Positions 51,313 to 60,239 of a stretch of 64,000 nt of DNA are shown piece by piece. How positions within the stretch are numbered: position 1 is the first letter of the stretch; every line of letters begins with the position of its first letter. The notes beneath the pieces were generated by a model, which saw only the letters and a program-made list of their open reading frames with translations, did no database searches and was not told the DNA's origin. The stretch comes from Hylemonella sp. (GTDB lineage: Bacteria > Pseudomonadota > Gammaproteobacteria > Burkholderiales > Burkholderiaceae_C), in the NCBI RefSeq assembly GCF_046299695.1, contig NZ_JBKBHP010000017.1. One strand, 5' to 3'. Both the position numbers and the translations under genes were made by a program.

Positions 51313-52498
51313 CCGCCCAGGTTCGGGTCCAGCGGATCTGCATCACGCGCATCATCCCGAGTGCGGCCAGCGAGAGCAGGGCGAAGAGGGCGAAGCCCCA
51401 GAAGTAGGTGCCGGCGTATTGTTTGGACAGACCCATGGCGTTGGGGACCAGGCCGCCGCCGAGCGCGCCGATCTCGCCGATCATGGAGCCGGCCACGGCC
51501 GTGGTCATGGGCCAGCGCAGGGGCACGAGCTGGAACAGGGCGCCGTTGCCGGCGCCGAGCGCGGCGAAGCACAGCATCATGAGCAGGGTGGTGAGCACCA
51601 GCGAACCACCGGCCAGGCCGCAGAGCAGCAGGGTGACGGCGACGATGACGAGCACCGCGGTCAGGGTGTTGATGCCGCCCCAGTGGTCCGAGATCCAGCC
51701 GCCGAAGATGCGCAAGGCGGCACCCATGAAGGCGGCGAGCATGGTGAGCTGTCCGGCCTGCACCTTGCTCACGCCGAACTGGTCGTAGTAGTAGCTGGGC
51801 AGAAAGCTGGTCAGGCCGATGAAGCCGCCGAAGGTGATGGCGTAGATGATGGAGAAGGCCCAGCCGTCCTTTTCGAACAGGCAGGCGATGTGCTCGCGAA
51901 AGCTCGCGTGCTTGTCCACGTCGTCGGGTTCGCGGGCCAGGAAGATCATCACCAGCACGGGCAGCAGCAGGCCGATGGCGGCAATGCCGTACACGGATTT
52001 CCAGCCCCAGGCCTGCGCCAGTTGTGGCGCCAGCAGGGCCGCGATGGAGGTGCCCACATTGCCGGCACCCACCAGGCCCATGGCCAGGCCTTTGTAACGC
52101 GCGGGGAAGGAGCCCGAGCCCAGCGAGAGTGCGACGCCGAAGCTGGCGCCGGCGATGCCCAGCAGCACGCCCATGGCGAGCAGGTCGTTGAAGGTCTCGA
52201 CGAAGAAGTAGCCGTAGAGCAGGGCGATGGCGATGCCGCCCATTTCCACCAAAGTGGCGTTCTTGCGGCCGATGTACTGGGCCAGGATACCCAGGGGGAA
52301 GCGCATGAGGGCGCCGGCAAAGATGGGCACCGAGAGCATGAGCCCGATCTGCGCCGGGCTGAGGTTCAGGCTTTCCTTGATGAACGGCGCCATGGCGCCA
52401 TTGCTCACCCAGACGCCGCAGCAGTAGGTGAAATAGACGAAGGCTGCCAGCAGCGTGGGGCTGTGGCCGGCCTTGAGGAAATTGCGCAGGCTGTTCAT
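51284..52498 (-). CDS. narK: MFS nitrate/nitrite transporter (NNP/NarK family)
   Basis: 404 aa, 12 TM-like helices. GALMRFPLGILAQYIGRKN and GAGNVGTS motifs typical of NarK/NasA-type porters. Confidence 0.85.
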   Translation of the reverse strand: MNSLRNFLKAGHSPTLLAAFVYFTYCCGVWVSNGAMAPFIKESLNLSPAQIGLMLSVPIFAGALMRFPLGILAQYIGRKNATLVEMGGIAIALLYGYFFVETFNDLLAMGVLLGIAGASFGVALSLGSGSFPARYKGLAMGLVGAGNVGTSIAALLAPQLAQAWGWKSVYGIAAIGLLLPVLVMIFLAREPDDVDKHASFREHIACLFEKDGWAFSIIYAITFGGFIGLTSFLPSYYYDQFGVSKVQAGQLTMLAAFMGAALRIFGGWISDHWGGINTLTAVLVIVAVTLLLCGLAGGSLVLTTLLMMLCFAALGAGNGALFQLVPLRWPMTTAVAGSMIGEIGALGGGLVPNAMGLSKQYAGTYFWGFALFALLSLAALGMMRVMQIRWTRTWAEKGGRARSA

Positions 52499-52513
52499 CG
52501 TCGTGTCTCGTCG

Positions 52514-52609
52514 GCAAAAGCATAAAGGCGTCTATCCGTGCGCCGCAACGGGGCAGCGCACGGATAGACGCCTTTGTCTGGTGGGGAAACCGGTGCGCCT
52601 TTGCACCGG
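52514..52609 (-). promoter_or_regulatory. narK leader: second ANTAR dual-hairpin / terminator attenuator
   Basis: Minus strand: P1 CCGGTGC-AAAGGC-GCACCGG (52590-52609); P2 AGAC-AAAGGC-GTCT (52566-52579), overlapping the terminator AAAGGCGTCTATCCGTGCGC...GCGCACGGATAGACGCCTTT (52524-52576), then ATGCTTTTG. Confidence 0.7.
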
Positions 52610-52654
52610 ATCAGGGAGTTCAGGCCGGCATCGGCCTCGGGTGATCTATCTCAA

Positions 52655-52669
52655 GCAATATCCACGCCC
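52655..52669 (-). promoter_or_regulatory. Possible sigma54-like promoter ahead of the narK leader
   Basis: The minus strand reads GGGCGTGGATATTGC (GG-N10-GC spacing is correct, but there are three mismatches to TGGCACG-N4-TTGC). Confidence 0.3.
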
Positions 52670-52716
52670 AGTCCTGGGACGGATGAGTGGCCCGGTTTCA
52701 AGCCCGGGCCGCGGGT

Positions 52717-53553
52717 TCAAGCAGCTTTTTCCACGTGCCCCTGGCGCGTGTAGAGGAAGTCGATCACGGCCTTGCGGCAGTGCAGGTAGCGCGGGTCTTC
52801 GGCCAGTTCCACGCGCGAACGTGGGCGCGGCAGGTCGACCTTGAGCACTTCGCCGATGGTGGCGGCGGGTCCATTGGTCATCATCACGATCTTGTCGGAG
52901 AGCAGCACGGCCTCGTCCACGTCGTGTGTGACCATGACCACGGTGCTCTTGGTGCGGGCCACGATCTCCAGCAGCTCGTCCTGCAGCTTGGCGCGCGTGA
53001 GCGCGTCCAGCGCGCCGAAGGGTTCGTCCATCAGCAGCACCTGGGGTTCCATGGACAGGGCGCGGGCGATGCCCACGCGCTGCTTCATGCCGCCCGAGAT
53101 CTCGCCCGGGCGTTTCTGTGCGGCGTGCGTCAGGCCCACCAGGGCCAGGGCCGCCTCGGTGCGGGCCTTGAGCTGGGCCTTGTTCTCGGCCGGGGCGCCC
53201 GTGCTCTTGCTGGCGGCGCCGAAGACGCGCTCGACCGCCAGGTAGACGTTCTCGAAGCAGGTCAGCCAGGGCAGCAGCGAGTGGTTCTGGAACACCACCG
53301 CACGCTCGGGGCCGGGGCCGGCGATCTCGCGGTTGGCACAGAGCAGCGCACCGTTGGTGGGCGTGGTCAGGCCGGCGATGAGGTTGAGCAGCGTGGATTT
53401 GCCGCAGCCCGAGTGGCCGATCAGCGCCACGAACTCGCCCTTGGCCACCGTGAGGTTGATGTCGCGCAGCGCGGGGAACAGGCCCTTGGCGGTCTTGAAG
53501 GTCTGCTCGACACCCTGGATCTCGATGTACTTGGTGCTGAAAGATTCGCTCAT
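52717..53553 (-). CDS. nrtD: Nitrate ABC transporter ATP-binding protein (NrtD/NasD-like)
   Basis: 278 aa. GHSGCGKSTLLN, LSGGMKQRVGIARAL, LLMDEPFGALD. NitT/TauT family, located in the nitrate cluster. Confidence 0.85.
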   Translation of the reverse strand: MSESFSTKYIEIQGVEQTFKTAKGLFPALRDINLTVAKGEFVALIGHSGCGKSTLLNLIAGLTTPTNGALLCANREIAGPGPERAVVFQNHSLLPWLTCFENVYLAVERVFGAASKSTGAPAENKAQLKARTEAALALVGLTHAAQKRPGEISGGMKQRVGIARALSMEPQVLLMDEPFGALDALTRAKLQDELLEIVARTKSTVVMVTHDVDEAVLLSDKIVMMTNGPAATIGEVLKVDLPRPRSRVELAEDPRYLHCRKAVIDFLYTRQGHVEKAA

Positions 53554-53583
53554 GGTTCGCTCCTTGTTCTTTCGGGGGCCACG

Positions 53584-53650
53584 GTGGAACCGGCTTGGCC
53601 GGGCCGCTGGTGGCGCTCCCTTGAGGGGGTGACGCGCCCTTGGGCGCGGC
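53584..53650. repeat. REP-like intergenic repeat, copy C (between nrtB and nrtD)
   Basis: GTGGAACCGGCTTGGCCGGGCCGCTGGTGGCGCTCCCTTGAGGGGGTGACGCG. See copy B at 35727. Confidence 0.55.
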
Positions 53651-53661
53651 TCAGGGGTGGG

Positions 53662-54573
53662 CTAGTTCTTGACTTCTTCGAAGGTGAAGGCGGTGGCGAG
53701 CTTGATCAGGGCGAACTCGAGCACCAGGCCGACGATGCCGATCACGAAGATGGCGATGATGATGTTCTTGACGTTGAGGTTGTTCCACTCGTCCCAGACC
53801 CAGAAGCCGATGCCTACGCCGCCGGTCAGCATCTCGGCTGCGACGATCACCAGCCAGGCCGTGCCCACCGCCAGGCGCACACCGGTCAGCATATAGGGCA
53901 GCACGGCAGGAAAGAGAATCTTGGTGACGATCTTCCACTCGGAGAGCTGCAGCACCCGCGCCACGTTCATGTAGTCCTGCGGCACGCGCTGCACGCCCAC
54001 CGCGGTGTTGATGATCATGGGCCAGATCGAGCAGATGAAGATGGTCCAGATGGCCGCGGGGTTGGCACCCTTGAAGACCAGCAGGCCGATGGGCAGCCAG
54101 GCCAGGGGCGAGACCGGGCGCAGCAGGCTGATGAGCGGGTTGAACATGCGGCTCAGGAAGGTGAAGCGCCCGATCATGAAACCGGCCGGGATGCCGACCA
54201 GTGCGGCCAGGCCGAAGCCCAGAGCCACGCGCTGCAGCGACATCAGCACGTTCCAGCCCACGCCCTGGTCGTTCGGACCCTTGCGGTAGAACGGGTCGCT
54301 GAAGACATCGACCGCCTGTGTCCAGGTCTCAGCCGGGCTGGGGATGCTGCTGCCGCTGGTGGAGGCGATCAGGGCCCAGATGCCGACCAGCAGGGCCAGG
54401 CCCAGTACAGGCGGGACGATGCGCTGCCACAGGCCGCGCCAGTCGTAGGCCGGAGCCTTGGCAGCCGGCGGTGCTGCGGGTGCAGCGGCCGCTAGGGCGG
54501 GCCTCGGTGCAGGAGCGCTAGGCGCCGCTTCCGGCGCCAGGGCGGCTGGGGGATGAAACACGGCGCTGACCAT
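53662..54573 (-). CDS. nrtB: Nitrate ABC transporter permease (NrtB/NasE-like)
   Basis: 303 aa. Ala/Pro-rich N-terminus, then a BPD-type permease core. Confidence 0.85.
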   Translation of the reverse strand: MVSAVFHPPAALAPEAAPSAPAPRPALAAAAPAAPPAAKAPAYDWRGLWQRIVPPVLGLALLVGIWALIASTSGSSIPSPAETWTQAVDVFSDPFYRKGPNDQGVGWNVLMSLQRVALGFGLAALVGIPAGFMIGRFTFLSRMFNPLISLLRPVSPLAWLPIGLLVFKGANPAAIWTIFICSIWPMIINTAVGVQRVPQDYMNVARVLQLSEWKIVTKILFPAVLPYMLTGVRLAVGTAWLVIVAAEMLTGGVGIGFWVWDEWNNLNVKNIIIAIFVIGIVGLVLEFALIKLATAFTFEEVKN

Positions 54574-54583
54574 GATGTGCTCC

Positions 54584-55837
54584 TTAGGCCTTGATCTTGA
54601 AACCGTCGGCGTACTTCTTCGGGTCCTTGCCGTCCCAGACCACGCCGTCCATCAGCTTGCTGGTGCGCAGATCGCTCTTGGGCACGGAGATCTTCATGGC
54701 CGAGGCGACCTGCTTGTAGAGCTCGGTCTGGTTGATCTGCTTGGCCACGGCCAGATAGTCCGGGTGCTCCTTGAGCAGGCCCCAGCGCTTGTGCTGCGTC
54801 AGGAACCACATGCCGTCGGACAGGTAGGGGTAGTTCACCGCGCCGTCGTTGAAGAACTTCATGTGGTCCGGGTCGTCCCAGGTCTTGCCCATGCCGTTCT
54901 GGTAACGGCCCAGGATGCGCTGGTTGATGGCGTCGACGCTGGTGTTGATATAGGACTTCTCCGCGACGACCTCGGCCATCTTGAGCTTGTTCTGCAGGCC
55001 GGTGTCGATCCACTTGCTGGCTTCGAGCACAGCCATCATCACGGCACGCGTGGTGTTGGGGTACTTCTTGGTGAACTCGGCCGTGGTGCCCAGCACCTTT
55101 TCAGGGTGGTCCTTCCAGATGTCCTGCGTCGTGTTGGCCGTGATACCGATGCCGTCCATGATGGCGCGGTGGTTCCAGGGTTCACCCACGCAGAAGCCGT
55201 CCATATTGCCCACGCGCATGTTCGCCACCATCTGGGGCGGCGGCACGGTGATGAGCTTGGCGCCGGAGAGCGGGTTGATGCCGGCGGCGGCCAGCCAATA
55301 GTGCATCCACATGGCGTGGGTACCGGTGGGGAAGGTGCCGGCAAAGGTGTATTCGCGCTTGTTGGCCGCCATGAACTTGGCCAGCGAGGGGCCATCGACC
55401 GCGCCCTTGTCGGCCAGGGCCTTGGACAGGGTGATGGCCTGGCCGTTGTTGTTCAGGGCCATGAGAACGGCCATGTCTTTCTTGGGACCGGAGATGCCCA
55501 GGTGCACGCCGTAGACCAGGCCATAGAGCACGTGGGACATATCGAGTTCACCGTTGACCAGCTTGTCGCGCACGCCGGCCCAGCTGGCTTCCTTGCTGGG
55601 AATGATCTTGACCCCGTACTTCTGGTCGATGCCCAGCACCGAGGCCATCACGACGCTGGCGCAGTCGGTCAGCGGGATGAAGCCGATCTTCACTTCCTTC
55701 TTCTCGGGAGCGTCGGAGCCCGCGGCGTACACGGCGGCACGCAGGGCGGGGGTCAGGCCCACGGCGCCGACGGCGGCGGCTTGCAGGACGGTGCGGCGGG
55801 ACGGACCGGCGGCGTTGGCGATCACGGGGTCTTGCAT
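54584..55837 (-). CDS. nrtA: Nitrate-binding periplasmic protein (NrtA/CmpA/NasF family)
   Basis: 417 aa. Tat-like signal SRRTVLQAAAVGAVG. IGFIPLTDCASVVMA is typical of NrtA. Confidence 0.85.
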   Translation of the reverse strand: MQDPVIANAAGPSRRTVLQAAAVGAVGLTPALRAAVYAAGSDAPEKKEVKIGFIPLTDCASVVMASVLGIDQKYGVKIIPSKEASWAGVRDKLVNGELDMSHVLYGLVYGVHLGISGPKKDMAVLMALNNNGQAITLSKALADKGAVDGPSLAKFMAANKREYTFAGTFPTGTHAMWMHYWLAAAGINPLSGAKLITVPPPQMVANMRVGNMDGFCVGEPWNHRAIMDGIGITANTTQDIWKDHPEKVLGTTAEFTKKYPNTTRAVMMAVLEASKWIDTGLQNKLKMAEVVAEKSYINTSVDAINQRILGRYQNGMGKTWDDPDHMKFFNDGAVNYPYLSDGMWFLTQHKRWGLLKEHPDYLAVAKQINQTELYKQVASAMKISVPKSDLRTSKLMDGVVWDGKDPKKYADGFKIKA

Positions 55838-55870
55838 GATGAACTCCAGTTACGGGCTAAAAGCGAAGCA

Positions 55871-55981
55871 CAAACAAAAAACGGCACCCATTCCACCGCC
55901 GCCCATTCGGGTCGCGGGGAATGGACGCCGTTGTCCAGTAATGTCTCGAAGAGACCTGGGTCAGGCCGCCTTTGGCCTGAC
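55871..55981 (-). promoter_or_regulatory. nrtA leader: third ANTAR dual-hairpin / terminator attenuator
   Basis: Minus strand: P1 GTCAGGCC-AAAGGC-GGCCTGAC (55960-55981); P2 GGAC-AACGGC-GTCC (55923-55936), overlapping the terminator AACGGCGTCCATTCC...GGAATGGGTGCCGTT (55880-55932), then TTTTTGTTTG. Confidence 0.75.
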
Positions 55982-55994
55982 TTGGTAGGCATCA

Positions 55995-56010
55995 AGCAGA
56001 TACCGTGCCA
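55995..56010 (-). promoter_or_regulatory. Sigma54 (-24/-12) promoter for nrtABD
   Basis: The minus strand reads TGGCACGGTATCTGCT (TGGCAC-N5-cTGCt). Confidence 0.6.
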
Positions 56011-56153
56011 GGCTGTGCTTGGGTCTGGATTTTTAAAGAGAAGTCATTTAAAAACAATGACTTGCATGTAATGCACCAGGCTAGCCAGGGTCCTGGAAGC
56101 TGGTGCGCAGGCACTTTTATTGTGCGTTGCACCATGAGGTGCGCGGGAAGACC

Positions 56154-57365
56154 TCAGAGATAGTCAGACATGGCCAGCACGGTCTTGGCCACATCCACCA
56201 GGCGCCGGCCCTGGTTCATGGCGGTCTGGCGCAGCATCTTGTAGGCCTCGTCCTCGCTGAGCTTGCGCGAGGCCATGAGCAGGCCCTTGGCGCGCTCGAT
56301 GACCTTGCGCTCGTTGAGCGCGGCGCGCGCGGTTTCGAGCTCGTCGCTCATGTTCTGCAGCCGGCGCGACTGCTCCTGCACCATGCCCAGGATGGAGCGT
56401 TCCAGGTGCGGGCCGAGCAGGGCCGGGGGCTCGTTGCCGGCCTCGCCGGCCTGACGCTGCAGCGCGTCCAGGATGGCCTGCTGGTCACGCAGATCGGCAT
56501 GGGCCTGGGCGATGCGTTCGTCGCAGAGCAGGCGCAGATTGGCGGCCAGCTGGTCCTCGAAGCTCTTCATGGCGTCGATGCGCAGCGTGCAGGCCTCGTA
56601 CCAGGCGGGGCTGGCATTGGGGTCCAGCGTGCCGCTGGCGTTGGCTGAGGCCACGCGGCGCATGCGTTCCAGCGTGGCGACGGCGTCCGCAGGCAGGCAG
56701 GCCAGCCAGGCGCTGCGCACGGCCTCGTCGGAGAAGTCGGTGAAAACCTGCAGGCAGGCCTCCTGCGCCTCGATCAGGTGCTGCCATTGCTGGCGGTGGG
56801 CGGTGTCAATCTGGCCCGAGGCGTAGGCCGCACCGCCGAAGGCGCGCTCCTGGCCCGCGTATTCCTTGCCCTGCAGGAAATGGAAGAGCGCCACGAGCGC
56901 GCGCGAGATCTTGGGGTCGGTGGCGCTGTCGGCGGCCTCGAAGACCACGTTGAGCAGGCCGGCGATCAGGCGGGTGTAGGTGGCTGTGGCCTCTTCGGCA
57001 GGCTGGGTCTGACTGGCAACACGCTCGCGCAATGCGGGCAGGCCTTCGAGCGCATGCAGCACGAAGGCGATGCGACTGAACAGGCGCGCGCCGTTGCGCA
57101 CGCGGCGAGCGTCGGTGTCCAGGGCTTCCAGCCGGGTCAGCACCTGGGCCTGCACGGCCTCGCAATCGGCCACCTGCTGCTGCAGCGCATCGGCGAAACG
57201 CGCGCCGCGCGAGGCGAGGTAGACGTTGGAGATGCCGCGTTCGCGCTGCAGCGCATGCACGAGGCGGCCGATCACGCCGACCAGCTCGCTGGTCAGCGCA
57301 AGGTGCTCCAGCTCGCTGATCTCGCACTGGCGGGCGGCGACGAGGAAGTTCAGTCCGGCATTCAT
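56154..57365 (-). CDS. nasR: Nitrate/nitrite-responsive antiterminator NasR (NIT sensor domain + ANTAR RNA-binding domain)
   Basis: 403 aa. NIT-type N-terminus (LVHALQRERGISNVYLAS...). C-terminal ANTAR (LNERKVIERAKGLLMASRKLSEDEAYKMLRQTAMNQGRRLVDVAKTVL). Confidence 0.85.
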   Translation of the reverse strand: MNAGLNFLVAARQCEISELEHLALTSELVGVIGRLVHALQRERGISNVYLASRGARFADALQQQVADCEAVQAQVLTRLEALDTDARRVRNGARLFSRIAFVLHALEGLPALRERVASQTQPAEEATATYTRLIAGLLNVVFEAADSATDPKISRALVALFHFLQGKEYAGQERAFGGAAYASGQIDTAHRQQWQHLIEAQEACLQVFTDFSDEAVRSAWLACLPADAVATLERMRRVASANASGTLDPNASPAWYEACTLRIDAMKSFEDQLAANLRLLCDERIAQAHADLRDQQAILDALQRQAGEAGNEPPALLGPHLERSILGMVQEQSRRLQNMSDELETARAALNERKVIERAKGLLMASRKLSEDEAYKMLRQTAMNQGRRLVDVAKTVLAMSDYL

Positions 57366-57507
57366 GGTGGTGTGGCGTTTTTATGATTCAGCAAAGGCGG
57401 GTTCTGTGGCGTTCGTTACGCAGGCACCGGATCGGGGCATGGTGCACGCCATCGATACATCAGGCGGCTCGTGCCCAGTCATCAGCCGGACGCATGGCAT
57501 AGAATCA

Positions 57508-57616
57508 GCCTTGCTCCGGGGTGTCGTCCGCGTAAGCGGAGGGCTGAGATGGTGGGACGTGATCCCTGTACCGAACCCGTGAACTTGACTCGGATCATAC
57601 CGACGTAAGAAGAGCT
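57508..57616 (+). promoter_or_regulatory. TPP (THI-box) riboswitch aptamer
   Basis: GCTCCGGGGTG / P3 hairpin TCCGC-GTAA-GCGGA / GGCTGAGA / ...ACCCGTGAACTTGACTCGGATCATACCGACGTAAGAAGAGC. This matches the conserved CUGAGA and ACCC..GAAC.UGA.C.GG.UAAU.CC.GCGUAGG cores, with P5 TCGG/CCGA and P4 CTT/AAG. Not verified with a covariance model. Confidence 0.75.
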
Positions 57617-57686
57617 GTCTGCAGGCCTCACTCGTCCTGCCACACCTTTCGGAGCACATGTGCCGGGCACAGAAAGAAAGGACGTC

Positions 57687-58793
57687 GTGGCAGAGATTCT
57701 CCAAGCATCGTCGATCAGCGCAGCCGGACCCGTGCCGGAGCTGCTGGCTTTCATCGCGCGCGACGATGCGAGCGAGGCGGACTTCAATGCCCTGGCCCTG
57801 CGCCTGTTTGCGCACCAGTTCCAGCACAACACCGCTTTCCAGAAGTTCTGCCAGCAGCGCGGGCGCACGCCGCGCACCGTGAAGCACTGGCACGAGATTC
57901 CGGCCGTGCCCATCAATGGCTTCAAGGACCTGACGCTGAGCTGCGTGCCCACGGAGCGGTGCGCGCGCGTCTTCATGACCAGCGGCACCACGCGCGGCGA
58001 CGTCAAGGGCCGGCACTGGCATCCGGACCTCGCGGTCTACGACCTGTCAATGACGCGCAACTTCCGCGCACGTTTCATGGCGGGGCGCGACAGGATGCGC
58101 ATGGGGGTGCTGTTTCCGGACGAGCAGCTCATGCCCCATTCCTCGCTGGCGCATTACCTGGCGCTGGCGCTGCATCATTTCGGTACGCCCGACAGCCGCT
58201 ATTACCTGGACGGCACGGGCCTGCAGATCGACGCGCTGTGCGCCACGCTGGAACAGGCGCAGAAGAGCGGCGAGCCCTTGGCCCTGCTGGGCGCGAGCTA
58301 CAGCTTCGTGCACCTGTTCGACGCCTTGCAGGCGCGCGGCCTCAGATTCCAGCTGCCCGCGGGCAGCCGCCTGCTCGACACCGGCGGCTTCAAGGGCCAG
58401 TCGCGCGAGATGGACATGGAGGATTTCTATGGCCAGCTCGCGTCCACCTTCGGTGTGCCGCGCAGCGCCTGCATCAATATGTATGGCATGACGGAGCTGA
58501 GCACACAGTTCTATGACGCGGGCAATGCCACGCTACCCGCCGTGAAGTCCGGCCCGCACTGGATCCGCACGCGCGTGCTGGACCCGCTCACGGGCCAGGA
58601 GGTCCCCAAGGGCGAGCGCGGCATCCTGGCGCATACTGATCTGGGCAACTACAACGCGGTCACCACCATCCTGACCGAAGACGTGGGCATCGCCGTCGAG
58701 GGTGGTTTCCTGCTGCTGGGCCGCGCCCAGGGTGCACAGGCCAAGGGCTGCTCGCTGGCGGTGGACGAGTTCCTCAAGGCGGCGCGCGCATGA
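57687..58793 (+). CDS. LuxE-family acyl-protein synthetase / adenylate-forming enzyme
   Basis: The FMTSGTTRG nucleotide-binding motif, DTGGFKG and YGMTE resemble LuxE-type acyl-protein synthetases. The track start is GTG 57660; GTG 57687 has an AAAGGA RBS 5 nt upstream. Confidence 0.7.
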   Translation: MAEILQASSISAAGPVPELLAFIARDDASEADFNALALRLFAHQFQHNTAFQKFCQQRGRTPRTVKHWHEIPAVPINGFKDLTLSCVPTERCARVFMTSGTTRGDVKGRHWHPDLAVYDLSMTRNFRARFMAGRDRMRMGVLFPDEQLMPHSSLAHYLALALHHFGTPDSRYYLDGTGLQIDALCATLEQAQKSGEPLALLGASYSFVHLFDALQARGLRFQLPAGSRLLDTGGFKGQSREMDMEDFYGQLASTFGVPRSACINMYGMTELSTQFYDAGNATLPAVKSGPHWIRTRVLDPLTGQEVPKGERGILAHTDLGNYNAVTTILTEDVGIAVEGGFLLLGRAQGAQAKGCSLAVDEFLKAARA

Positions 58794-60238
58794 GGGTCCA
58801 GGCTGCTTATCTGCCGGGTCTGAAGCCGGATGAGCTCTCATGGCACACGCTGGCGTTTGGCAGGGAGCCCCGGCCGCTTGAGGTGCAGGTGCCGCAACTC
58901 ACTCCCGGACAACTGCAGGCACTCGCGCGGCATGTACGTACAAAGGGCGGGGCACAGATCCGCGCCTTGAGCGTGTCGCAGATCATCGCGGCCATCGACC
59001 AGGCGATTGCGCGCCTGCTCGACACACGGGACCCGTACCGCCAGCAACTCGACCACCTGCTACCTTTGATCACCGGCTTCGACGCCGAGATGGTGCGCCT
59101 GGGCCTCAACGCCTACCTCAAGACCTTCCGCGCGCCGCAGCTGCAGCGCTTCGTGGCCGAGGACTTTGCCAACCCCAGGCTGCTCGACGAATTCCAGCCG
59201 GCGCTCAAGGGCGGCATGGCGCGCGCGCTCGGTCCCGAACTGCTGGTCCATGTCTGGGCCGGCAATGTGCCGGGCCTGCCGCTGTGGAGCCTGGTCTGCG
59301 GCCTGCTGGTCAAGGCGCCGGCCCTGGGCAAGACAGCCAGCGCCGAACCCCTGTTTGCCGCGCTCTTCGCGCGTCTGCTGGCCGAGGTGGAGCCATGCCT
59401 GGCCGATGCGCTGGCCGTGGTCTGGTTCAAAGGCGGCGACACGGCCAGCGAACGCGCGCTCTATGCCGAGGCCGACACCGTGCTGGCCTACGGCGGTAAC
59501 GAGACCCTGGCTGCGCTGCGGCAACAGCTGCCCGTGACCACGCGCTTCCTGCCGCACGGGCACAAGCTCAGCGTGGGCCTGGTTTCGGCCGCCGCGCTGG
59601 ACGCGCAGCACCTGCCGGCCGTGGCACGCGCTGCGGCACTCGATGTGGTGCGCTACGAGCAGCAGGGCTGCTATTCGCCGCACACCTTTTACGTGGCCCG
59701 CGGTGGCCGCGTGAGCCCGCGCGAGTTTGCACTGGCCCTGGCCGGCGAGCTCTCGGCCCTGCAGCACAAGTTCGCGCGCCGCGCGCTGAGCCTGGAGGAG
59801 GCGGCCAGTGTGGCCGGCTGGCGCCAGGGGCAGGAGTTCAAGGGCCAGGACGGCTCGGTGGAGCTGATCGGCGATGCGCAAGCCAATTGGGCCGTGGCCT
59901 ATGCCGAGGCCGCCGGCCCGCTGCTGCCCTGTGCGCTCAACCGCACGGCGCAGGTGCAGGCCGTGGACGCGCTCGACGAGACCTTGCCCCTGCTGGCCGC
60001 GCAGCGCGACTTGCTGCAGACCGTGGGCATCGCTGCCTCACCCGAGGAGCTGCACGCGCTGGCCGAAGGCCTGGGCCGTGCCGGCGCCACACGCATCTGT
60101 GCCTTGGGCCAGATGACTGCGCCCGAGGCGGGCTGGCACCACGACGGGCGCTTCAGCCTGCTGGACCTGGTGCGCATGGTCGAGATCGAAGCTTCGGCCG
60201 AGGCGGCGGCCGAGCCCTACGCACGGTACCGGGATTGA
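58790..60238 (+). CDS. LuxC-family acyl-CoA/acyl-protein reductase (aldehyde-forming)
   Basis: 482 aa ALDH-like fold protein. VWAGNVPGLPLWSL...YGGNET...YEQQGCYSP (catalytic Cys context) as in the LuxC family. ATGA overlap with the preceding gene. Confidence 0.7.
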   Translation: MRVQAAYLPGLKPDELSWHTLAFGREPRPLEVQVPQLTPGQLQALARHVRTKGGAQIRALSVSQIIAAIDQAIARLLDTRDPYRQQLDHLLPLITGFDAEMVRLGLNAYLKTFRAPQLQRFVAEDFANPRLLDEFQPALKGGMARALGPELLVHVWAGNVPGLPLWSLVCGLLVKAPALGKTASAEPLFAALFARLLAEVEPCLADALAVVWFKGGDTASERALYAEADTVLAYGGNETLAALRQQLPVTTRFLPHGHKLSVGLVSAAALDAQHLPAVARAAALDVVRYEQQGCYSPHTFYVARGGRVSPREFALALAGELSALQHKFARRALSLEEAASVAGWRQGQEFKGQDGSVELIGDAQANWAVAYAEAAGPLLPCALNRTAQVQAVDALDETLPLLAAQRDLLQTVGIAASPEELHALAEGLGRAGATRICALGQMTAPEAGWHHDGRFSLLDLVRMVEIEASAEAAAEPYARYRD

Positions 60239-60239
60239 G

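Noticed and set aside
57658-57882. 74-aa ORF and the GTG 57660 start for the LuxE-like gene
   Set aside because: The 74-aa ORF is out of frame and Arg/Ser-rich. GTG 57660 lacks an RBS, whereas GTG 57687 has AAAGGA 5 nt upstream. The true start remains uncertain.
57687-60238. Bioluminescence (lux) operon
   Set aside because: Only LuxE- and LuxC-like genes are present. There is no luciferase (luxA/B) or acyl-transferase (luxD), and the context is a TPP riboswitch plus a ThiXYZ-like transporter.
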